From NCBI RefSeq assembly GCF_018350175.1, contig NC_058368.1, forward strand, positions 189,722,001 through 189,786,000: 64,000 nucleotides of DNA, written 5' to 3'. A program made the position numbers and the translations under genes. The stretch is from Felis catus. Its lineage: Eukaryota. Below are positions 24,462 through 33,548 of this stretch, in pieces. Position 1 is the stretch's first letter. Each line of letters starts with the position of its first letter. Under the pieces are notes generated by a model, which was not told where the DNA came from, made no database searches, and saw nothing but the letters and a program-made list of their open reading frames with translations.

Positions 24462-25361
24462 AAAATTTGTGTTAAAATGCAGATAGGCCAAATAATTTTT
24501 TAAGGAACAAAGTAAGGGAGCTCACACTACCTCATTTCAGGAATTACTATAAAGTTATTACAAACAATAAATATGATATTGATGAAAAGACATACTTATA
24601 GATCAGTAGAACAAAATAGAGGGCCCAGAAACAGATCCACACATACAAGTTCAACTCCTTTATAACAAAGATGTCAAGTCAGTCCAATGAGAGAAAGGAT
24701 AATCTTTTCAACAAATGGTACACCAAAATTAACCACACCCTTACATTATACTACACACAAAAATAACTCAAAATGAATCAAAGAGCCAAATGTAAGAATC
24801 CAAACAATAAAACTTCTAGAAGAAATCATACAGACTTTGGAGTAGTCTTAAATCAAAACATGAATTTAATAAGTTGGACATCATCAAAATGAAATTTTTT
24901 TGCTATATAAAAACCACTATTAAGAAAATGAAGGCAAGCAAGCCCCATACTAGGAGAGAAGATCAGCAAAATAGATACCTTGAGAAGGATTGTAAACATA
25001 TATAAAGAATACTTAAACTCGGTGATTATTAATAAGAAAAACCAATTAGAGCCTAAATAAAATATTTGAACAATCATTTCACCAAAAAAATACATACATA
25101 CACTCACACACACACACACACACACACACACAGATGGCAAACAGGCACACAAAAATGTGCTGATCATTATTAGTAATTAGGGGAATGCAAATTAAATGAC
25201 AATGAGATATCGTTACAATTCTTAAAACGGTTAAATAAAAAAATGGACTATACCAAGGGTTGATGAACACATAACTGAAACTTTCATACACTGCTAGTGA
25301 AAATGCATATGACAGAACCACTTTGAACAGTTTGGCAGTTTCTTAAAAGTCAAAAATACAC

Positions 25362-25570
25362 AGGGTGCTTGGGTGGCTCAGACAGTTAAGCATCCGACTT
25401 TGGCTCAGCTCATGATCTCACAGTTTGTGAGTTCGAGCCCCGTGTCGGGCTCTGTGCTGACAGCTCAGAGCCTGGAGCCTGCTTCGGATTCTGTGTCTCT
25501 TTCTCTCTCTGCCCCTCCCTAACTTGTGCTCTGTCTCTCAAAAAAGAAATAAATGTAAAAAAAAAAAAAG
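25362..25570 (+). mobile_element. SINEC_Fc-type SINE
   Basis: TSD AAAGTCAAAAATACA at 25346-25360 / 25571-25585. Confidence 0.95.
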
Positions 25571-25984
25571 AAAGTCAAAAATACATCTGCCATACCATTC
25601 AGGCATCCCTCTCCTAGGTATATACCCAAAGAAAAAGAAAGCATATATACATACAAAGACTTGTATGTGAATGTTCATAATGGCTTTAACTGTAATAGCC
25701 CCAAATTGGAAAAACTCAAATATCCATCAATATGTCAATGGATAAAGAAATCAGAAATCCATACAATGGAATACAACTCAACAGCAGAAATGAACAGATT
25801 ATTAATACACACAACAGGGATAAACTTCAAAATAATTACGATGAATGAAATAAATCAGACAAAAAACACTATATACATGTTTGATTCCATTTATATGTAA
25901 TTCTAGAAATGCAAAAATAATTTACAGTAGAAAAAAACAGATAAATAGCTGTTGGAGAATATGGTTGGGGAGAGAAGAAGGAAT

Positions 25985-26150
25985 ATTTTTGAAATTTTTT
26001 AAAGTTTATTTATTTATTTTGAGAGAAGGAGAGAGAGAATCTCAAGCACGCTGACAGCACAGAGTTTGAGGTGGGGCCTGAACTCAGGAACCATGACTGA
26101 GTGGAAATGAAGAGTTGGTCGCTTAACCAACTGAGCCTCCCAGGTGCCCC
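25985..26150 (-). mobile_element. Older CanSINE with internal deletions
   Basis: Ends CTGAGCCTCCCAGGTGCCCC; TSD AGAAGAAGGAAT at 25973-25984 / 26152-26163. Confidence 0.9.
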
Positions 26151-26323
26151 AAGAAGAAGGAATTATAGTGAAACATAAAGAAACTTTTGAGAGGTATGTG
26201 TTCATTACACTGATTTTGGTGATGGTTCACAAGTATAGACATACATCTACACTCATCAAATTGAACACTTTACATACATGCAGTTTATTTTATGGTTTTT
26301 ATATTTCACAAAGCAGTTTTAAA

Positions 26324-26538
26324 CATTTTTTTTAACGTTTATTTATTTTTGGGACAGAGAGAGACAGAGCATGAACGGGGGAGGGACAGAGAGAGAGAGG
26401 GAGACACAGAATCGGAAGCAGGCTCCAGGCTCTAAGCCATCAGCCCAGAGCCTGACGCGGGGCTCGAACTCACGGACCGCGAGATCGTGACGGAGCTGAG
26501 GTCAGACGCTTAACTGACTGAGCCACCCCAGGCGCCCC
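26324..26538 (-). mobile_element. Young SINEC_Fc
   Basis: CpG-rich; 18-bp TSD TCACAAAGCAGTTTTAAA at 26306-26323 / 26539-26556. Confidence 0.96.
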
Positions 26539-26756
26539 TCACAAAGCAGTTTTAAAAGCATGAGTAAAGACTAGAAATTTAAATAAACTAAAATGTTTAA
26601 AAAATTATATTTTATTATTGAAGTACAGATATCATGTATTTTATACATATTTCCTTTGCTCTATTTGCATTTTCCAAAATTGTAATACACTATTTTTAAG
26701 TGTTTTTCTTTTTTCTCAAATATACCTTTGTATTTGCTCTTTAAAAAAAAAATTTT

Positions 26757-26975
26757 GGGGGGGGGGTGGGGGGGCGCCTGGGTGGCGCAGTCGGTTAAGC
26801 GTCCGACTTCAGCCAGGTCACGATCTCGCGGTCCGTGAGTTTCAGCCCCGCGTCAGGCTCTGGGCTGATGGCTCAGAGCCTGGAGCCTGTTTCCGATTCT
26901 GTGTCTCCCTCTCTCTCTGCCCTTTCCCCGTTCATGCTCTGTCTCTCTCTGTCCCAAAAATAAATAAAAACGTAG
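26757..26975 (+). mobile_element. Young SINEC_Fc with a 5' G-run, inserted in the tail of a minus-strand SINE
   Basis: GGGGCGCCTGGGTGGCGCAGTCGGTTAAGCGTCCGAC from 26771; TSD AAAAAAAATTTT at 26745-26756 / 26976-26987. Confidence 0.94.
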
Positions 26976-26987
26976 AAAAAAAATTTT

Positions 26988-27196
26988 TTTTTAATTTTTT
27001 TAATATTTATTTATTTTTGAGAGAGAACCAGCATGAGCAGGGAAAGGCAGAGAAAGAGGGAGACACAGAATCTGAAGCAGGCTCCAGGCTCTGAGCTGTC
27101 AGCACAGAACCTGATGTGGGGCTCAAACTCATGAGCTGTGAGATCATGACCTGAGCCAAAGTGGATGCTTAACCGACTGAGTCACCCAGTCACCTC
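26988..27196 (-). mobile_element. SINEC_Fc-type SINE, host of the preceding insertion
   Basis: TSD TGTATTTGCTCTTTA at 26729-26743 / 27197-27211 brackets both elements. Confidence 0.93.
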
Positions 27197-27360
27197 TGTA
27201 TTTGCTCTTTATAACAAGGATAAACAACAAAGAAGTTTAAAAGGCAAAATCTACTTACCATACTCATCATCACTGTCAAATCCCAATTCCAAATTAACCA
27301 CCATTAACAATTTCATGTGGGGCTTTCCAGGGTTTTATCCATGAATATAAACTGACAGAA

Positions 27361-27363
<3 letters not shown>

Positions 27364-27412
<49 letters not shown>
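27364..27412 (+). repeat. (TG)n microsatellite
   Basis: About 24 uninterrupted TG units. Confidence 0.97.
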
Positions 27413-27415
<3 letters not shown>

Positions 27416-27449
27416 GTTTGGCAGTAGGATTTGGTGGTGGTAGTGAGTA

Positions 27450-27590
27450 ATGGCCCCTCTTAACTTAAACCTTCCCAATCTCACAAAGCTCCTCTTTTGG
27501 CCAGCTTTAACATAGGATCATACAGGGAAGGGAACTCTGGGAAACAATTCTTAGCTGAACCAAGCAGACCCAGTATAATCTAACACATAT
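27450..27590 (-). mobile_element. ERVL-type LTR fragment (LTR41-like)
   Basis: CATACAGGGAAGGGAACTCTGGGAAACAATTCTTAGCTGAACCAAG..ACCCAGTATAATCTAACACA. Confidence 0.5.
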
Positions 27591-27681
27591 AATACAGTAT
27601 ATCATGCTTTATTTCTTTATTCCTTTATTGATTATATGTATTTAAGTTGATTCTATGTGTTTGCTGTTTAAAATTGCTATT

Positions 27682-27805
27682 GGGGAGCCTTGCTGGCTCA
27701 GAAGGCCATGCAGCTTTTGATCTGGGAGTTGTGAGTTCAAGCCCCACCTTGAGTGTAGCGATTACTAAGTTAATTAATTAATTAATTAACTTAAAAAAAT
27801 AAAAC
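27682..27805 (+). mobile_element. Short, older CanSINE within an antisense old L1
   Basis: GCTGGCTCAG..GTGAGTTCAAGCCCCACCTTGAGTGTAG; TSD AAAATTGCTA at 27670-27679 / 27806-27815. Confidence 0.85.
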
Positions 27806-28090
27806 AAAATTGCTACAATAAATGCCCTTGAGTATTTCTATTTTTGTACCAGCGTTCTTTTGTAAGATAAATTCCTAGAAGCGAAATTGCTAGGTCAAAA
27901 GATATGTGCACTTAAAGTATTTATAGATAAGTCCAAATTGTCCTCCAAAATGGTTGTGGTAGTTTACTTCCTTTTCTATATTGCTTCTTTGTCAACACTG
28001 GATATTACTTACCAATATGATAGAGGGAAACAGTACCCTGTTTCATTTCGCATTGCTTAGCATATTAAAAATGATTTATGTTTCATATGG

Positions 28091-28303
28091 TTTTTTTTTT
28101 CAACATTTATTTATTTTTGGGACAGAGAGAGACAGAGCATGAACGGGGGAGGGGCAGAGAGAGAGAGAGACACAGAACCGGAAACAGGCTCCAGGCTCTG
28201 AGCCATCAGCCCAGAGCCCGACGCGGGGCTGGAACTCACGGACCGCGAGATCGTGACCTGGCTGAAGTCGGACGCTTAACCGACCGCGCCACCCAGGCGC
28301 CCC
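28091..28303 (-). mobile_element. Very young SINEC_Fc
   Basis: Nearly all CpGs intact; TSD TGTTTCATATG at 28079-28089 / 28304-28314. Confidence 0.96.
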
Positions 28304-28624
28304 TGTTTCATATGTTTAACAGGTTTATCTTTCTCCTTTGGGTTGCCTGTTGATATTCTTTGCTCTTTTTTTACATATGGAATTGTCATTTTCTTGTTTT
28401 CTTGCTGTTCTATTGTGCTTGGCTTTTGTTTTATTTTGTTTTGGTTAGGGTCATATCAACTTATTTTATAATAAAAAAAAATTGTAACGTGTGCTGAAGG
28501 ACTAAGTCATTTAAGTATGGTTCTATTAGTATAAGGATTCTCCACTTCTAGAAAAACCAGAGATGTGCAGATTCTGTTGGTGGCAGGTCAGATGCTAAGC
28601 CATCTCAAATGAAGCAAAGAATTA

Positions 28625-28975
28625 CAGTTGACCCTTGAACAACATGGGGGTTAGAGGTAACAACCCCCCATACAGTAAAAAATCCACATATAACTTTGGA
28701 CTCCCCAGACACTTAACTGCTAATAGCCTACTGTTGACCTACAGCTTTACCAATAACATAAACAGTTGATTCACATATTTTATGTTATATGTTTTATATA
28801 TATTATATACTGCACTCTTAAAGTAAGCTAGAGAAAAGAAAATGTTATTAAGAAAATAAGGAAGAGAAAATACATTTACAGCACTGTACTATATTTATCC
28901 AAGAAAAAATTTGTATAAAACTGAACCCACAGAGTTCAAATCCTATTCAAATCATGTTATTCCATAGGTCAACTG
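28625..28975. mobile_element. Tigger2a-type (MER28/MER8-like) non-autonomous Tc1/mariner element
   Basis: Terminal inverted repeats CAGTTGACCCTTGAACAACA ... GGTCAACTG, with TA duplications at 28623-28624 and 28976-28977. Confidence 0.9.
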
Positions 28976-29129
28976 TAGAGCTATTCTGCACTGAGCAACC
29001 CAGCTATCATTTTGGGGAAATCCACAGAATTCTAACTCCAAATATAGATACTCTCTCTGAATGTTTAACCAATATTCACATTGTCTGAGAACTCTGCTTG
29101 GAATTTTTCAGAGCCTATTCAACCAAGGA

Positions 29130-29445
29130 ATACTAAAAATGAGGCACCCATACTATCATCACCACCATCCCCTTTTTGCACTCATGGTAGACCTTGCTAA
29201 TTGATCACTGTTTCTTCCAGAGCTCAGATGTAGCCTAAAAAGCTTTCTCTATGGGTGCCTCGCTGGCTCCTTAAGCATGTGACTCTTGATCCTGGGGTTG
29301 CGAACTGGAGCCCCACATTGGGTATAGAGATTACTTAAAAATAAAATCTTAAAAAATAAAAAGCTTTCTCTATGCAACATCCCAGGGAGCTGCTACCAAT
29401 CAATCAGAATTGGTGTTTAAGATAAAACTTGTTTTGCCGCCCTGG
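29130..29445. mobile_element. MER102-like hAT element interrupted by a short SINE
   Basis: CTACCAATCAATCAGAATTGG...AAGATAAAACTTGTTTTGCCGCCCTG resembles the recalled MER102 end. Confidence 0.55.
29254..29357 (+). mobile_element. Short, older CanSINE
   Basis: GCATGTGACTCTTGATC..GCCCCACATTGGGTATAGAGATTACTTAAAAATAAAATCTT; TSD AAAAAGCTTTCTCTATG at 29237-29253 / 29358-29374. Confidence 0.9.
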
Positions 29446-30650
29446 TTCTAGTTCAAACTTCTGTTTTTTAGAGAAAGAAATGAAGACCCAGGGTGGGGGT
29501 GTGACATTCACAAAAACACGCAGCAAGTTACTTGCAAAGCCAGAACTCAAAACTAGCCTTCTGCTTCCCAGCTGAATGCTTCTTCCCTGGCACCATTGTG
29601 TCCTATCTCTTCTGCTACCACCAGGGAAAGCCTTTTCATGGAGCATTTGGTGAAGAAGACCCTTTTACAGAGTGACTGATACATGCAAATGGTTTGAGCA
29701 CACATTTGTGTCAATAATATCCTGATAGGCTTACAGCTGGATTAAGAAGGGGACTAGTAGGGCAATCAAGAATCTATTAAGGGGCACTGAAAAAGAGTGG
29801 CAAATGTAAGAAAGTGGAGAACTCGTCTCAGCAAGACATCCTATGGAATTGAATGAAATATCAAATACATTGTGGTGGAAGTGGGGAGCTAGGGTCCCCT
29901 CAAAGAGCAGTCTCAGTAGCAACAGATGGTCTCTAACCAGTAGTCTGATTAACTTTTATTTTGCAGAGTCGAGCAATAACAAATCCTTGGGGACAATAAA
30001 GAAAAGAATAAAGACGGACAAAAGCTAGCCTTCTTCTCTCTACTTCCTCCATGCATGCTCCTCTACACTAATATTGAACAAATATCTGACTATCAATTTA
30101 AAGGAACACTATATTTTTGGTGTGCTCTGAGCATCAAATCATTGATCCTCAAGGTGCAGTCATATGTCTCCAACCACCTTTGTTCCCTTACCCCCACCCC
30201 AACTCCACCTATCCTTCCATCTTACCTGCTCTGCAAAGGCTTCCCTAACTCGCACACTGCCCGTGGTTATGGGTTTCTCCTTGGGAGTATCATCTGCATT
30301 TTAATTAGGCCTTGGGAGCACACCACCTGTTATCAGCAAGTATCTCTGCCTGGAAGGACAACCTGCTTCTTCTCTACCAGGCACAAACTATGCCTTTTCT
30401 TATTTGTATGCCATATAGCACCTGGTTGATTTTGCCACTGCTCAAAAAGTATTTGGTGACTAAATGGCAGAAGGAAAAACTCCCGTTAACTTCTGGGTTT
30501 CACTTTCAAAGGGTCCATGGAGATCTTGGCAGCACACAGAATTTCCTTTCCTCAAAGGCCTATCTGATTGGGTCCTGTGCCAGTCATGCAAGGATTCTGC
30601 TTGGAGAAGCATGATTTGGCTTGCCAAAATTCTTTCGTCCTTTCCTTCTT

Positions 30651-30653
30651 TTT

Positions 30654-30709
<56 letters not shown>

Positions 30710-30710
30710 T
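30651..30710 (+). repeat. (TTTC)n microsatellite
   Basis: About 14 TTTC units. Confidence 0.95.
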
Positions 30711-30988
30711 TGTTATTTTTTTTTGTGACCGACTCTCATTTTATCATAGTATCATAAAAATTTGTTTCTACTTTCTCTCATGCCTAGGCTAACAACAGTT
30801 TATGGTGAGGCCTACAATGTAATTTATTTTACCATTTATCTTGAAGGCCATATATAGAGAGAAAGAGGAAAAAGAAAGAAAAGGGGAGCAGGAATGAGAG
30901 AAGTATGAGAATAATGTGAGTTCAATGATAAATGCAAATCTTTATCTAGAATAGTGGTTCTTAAGTAGGGGGAGAGTCTGTCCCCCAG

Positions 30989-31115
30989 ACAGGTGCCAGA
31001 TTAAATATAGTACACCCAGTTAAACTTATACATTCTAAAATCTATTCATTGTTTCTCTGAAATTCAAATTTAACTAGGCATCCTGTATTTTTATTTGCTC
31101 AATTCAGCAATCCTA
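30989..31115. mobile_element. MER53-like hAT element (internally deleted) inside MER20
   Basis: GGTGCCAGATTAAATA..CCCAGTTAAA ... TCTGAAATTCAAATTTAACTAGGCATCCTGTATTTTTATTTGCT..GCAATCCTA. Confidence 0.8.
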
Positions 31116-31172
31116 TCCCAGGGGACATGTGGCAATGTCTAGAGGAATTTTTGATTGTCATGACTTGGGGGT

Positions 31173-31523
31173 TATTAAAAGATAAACTGAGACATATTAA
31201 AATTTTTAAGAGTTTGTTCGAGCAAAAATTGATTCAAATCTGTAGCACCCAACTATAAGTGGCTAGAAGCATTCCTCCAACAAGCTCTAGTGGCAAGACT
31301 TTTATGGAGAATACATGCAAGAAATGCAAGGATTGATTGGCTGTAGCTTGAGCTGTTACCTTATTTGGGAAAACCTAGTTGGCTATTTATGGTTGGTTGT
31401 CCTCAGGTTTTGATTTCTTAACCTTGAGGCATTTATAGGCTTAGGTTTTGGTTTGCTTATGTAGGCTGCTAAGGTTTTAGAAACACCTCAGTCTAATGGC
31501 CTCCTTATTTAATCAATTTAACA
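31173..31523 (-). mobile_element. ERV1-class solo LTR (MER31/MER67/CarLTR-like) inside MER20
   Basis: Ends T(A)TTAAAAGATAAACTGAG ... AATTTAACA; 4-bp TSD GGGT at 31169-31172 / 31524-31527. Confidence 0.75.
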
Positions 31524-33383
31524 GGGTGCTACTGGCAACTAGTAGGCAGAGGCCAGGGATATTGCTGAACACTCTATAATACCCAGGACAATCCCCCCAC
31601 AACAAAGAATGATGCGGTCCAAAATGCCAATAGCACCACTGTTGAGAAGCCTTGGGTAACTTTTATGTCTGAAAAGCACGCAGTCTGGCTAAAATGGCGT
31701 CGTAGGAAAACAGTACTCATGCGGGTATGGATAAGCATATATTTTTCCTCCAGAAAACTATTTGCAAAGTTTCTTTCTTTTAAATCTACGTACTATGATA
31801 ATCTAGAGTTTCATAAACATAATTTCTCCAATTTCTCCCTGGGGAAATGTGACAAAATTCAGATCACATTTGGGGGGAAAAATACTCAGAAATATTAAGT
31901 GATTTTCCAGGACCCCACAGAGTCCAAGGAAAATAGAATTAAAACTCAAAACTGCTAAACACATCGCTCATTGCAATAAAGCCACCCTATCTCACTTCTC
32001 CTCCATTCTCACCAGACTCCGAATAAGGCAATTGCAACAGAGTTTTAGTTTTCAAGAGGAGATCAAAAGTTTTCACAACTGATTAGCATCCATCCAGAAA
32101 GCAATAGCTTCCCTTAACCTTGAGATGCAAATAGCCAAAGATTGTCAAGGGATCTGAAGGGCTGGAGGATTTGATGGAAGATCAAATTCCCGACATTTCC
32201 AGGGCAATTAGTTTCACATGCAAAGTCACAGGAAGGTCCTGCCTACTCTGCAGGAGCAGTAAAGCTGTAATAAGACCCTGCCTGAGCCTTACAAACTTGG
32301 ACTAATTGGCCTGCATCTACCCAGCAGAATACATTATCGTTATCCCCATTTCATAGAACACAGAAGGTGGGTAGAAATCTTTTTATGCCACCACCACTAG
32401 GCACAGGCTTCTTTAATATTTCCCACTATGGATCACTATACATAAACTCTGGGTACTGGGACTGCTTAGCTAATTATTCATAGTAGTGGAAAGGAAAGAC
32501 CTGAAATTAAGTCAAATCTCTTTGCAGGTGCCTCTTAAAATTCCACTTGAAGGTGAATCCTGGCCTCAAAAGGGTTTAAAACAGTTTAACATTTTTATCT
32601 GATAGTTAAGGAAACCATGGAGGAAGTTGTCAGTTACAGCCAGGACTTTGGAGCATGAGCTAAATTGATTTTGAAAGATCTGATTACTGAACCACTTCCC
32701 TCACACTGGCGGCCAGGGCTGGAGCCACGGCTGACTTCTCCGGACGTGCTGTGGCAGTCAAGATCCAGCCAGGTGGCCGCATCCATTTGGTGACTCAAAT
32801 GCAGCCTGTTGTCACGATGGATTTTCTGCTCACAAATGTACAGTTACGTCTGCATGTCTTTTTGTTACCGCCATGGTTCTCTCAAGGACAGCATGTTAGC
32901 TTCCTCCAGGGCCATTTAATGACTAGGGAATCTTCCACTGGGTGACCCTGCCTGACTGACAAGGGATATGACAACCCCAAATTCTCTAGGGTTTTCACCT
33001 TGATGCTTCTCTTCCTCTAGCACTGATGAGGCTTCACCTTATGCAAGCTGGCAGCCTGCTTTCTCAAATCAGCCAAAGGACACTGGTTGCAAAGACTTGC
33101 CCAGAGAGAATGTGCCCAGCCAAAGATGCTGGTGGAATTCTTGCTGGCAAGACTGACTCCTGACTGAACATCTTAACATTGAACTACGTTTCATGAGACA
33201 GGTAGGGCTGATAACAGGAGGTCTAGGTCCTACAAAAGTTTCTGGCTTCTTTACCTCTCAAGGATGCTGAGTCAGGTGTTATGGTTAAGAACAGGGTGCA
33301 GTCTCTGACATTTTACTAGCTTTGTAACCTTACACAAGTTATTTTTTAACTACAGTTTCCTCATCTATAAACGTTGGCTAATT

Positions 33384-33548
33384 GGGACACCTGGGTGGCT
33401 CAGTTAAGTGTCCAACTCTTGATTTTGGCTCAGGTCATCATCTCAAGCTCATGAGTTTGAGCCCTGCGTTTGGCTCCACTCTGGACTGTGAGTCAGCTTA
33501 AGATTCTCTCTTTCCATCTCCCTCTGCCTCTTCCCTTCCTTAAAAAAA
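33384..33548 (+). mobile_element. Older CanSINE inserted in a plus-strand MIR (about 33275-33630)
   Basis: GGGACACCTGGGTGGCTCAG..CTCTTGATTTTGGCTCAGG; MIR pieces CAGTTTCCTCATCTATAAA before it and GGCACATGGTAAGGGCTCAATAAAT after it. Confidence 0.85.

Larger units (their letters stand above)
24090..26323 (+). mobile_element. Old L1 (ORF2 3' part and 3' UTR) interrupted by several SINEs and a (CA)n
   Basis: AAGATGTCAACTCTTCCCAAATTCATCTACAG, CCCAGAAACAGATCCACACATA, GGGGAATGCAAATTAAA and CCATACAATGGAATACAACTCAACAG are degenerate L1 ORF2/3' UTR motifs. Confidence 0.85.
30952..31654. mobile_element. MER20 hAT element in three pieces (30952-30988, 31116-31172, 31524-31654)
   Basis: AGTGGTTCT..., CCCAGGGGACATGTGGCAATGTCT, GGGTGCTACTGGCA.CTAGT..AGAGGCCAGGGAT and ACAACAAAGAAT..CCAAAATGCCAATAG..GTTGAGAAGCCTTG, in consensus order. 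Confidence 0.88.

Noticed and set aside
26618..27094. 158-aa ORF
   Set aside because: It spans AT-rich DNA, a G-run and two SINEs. The other MAQSV..SLSQK-type ORFs (1770, 3448, 17424, 24252, 54445) are SINE-derived in the same way.
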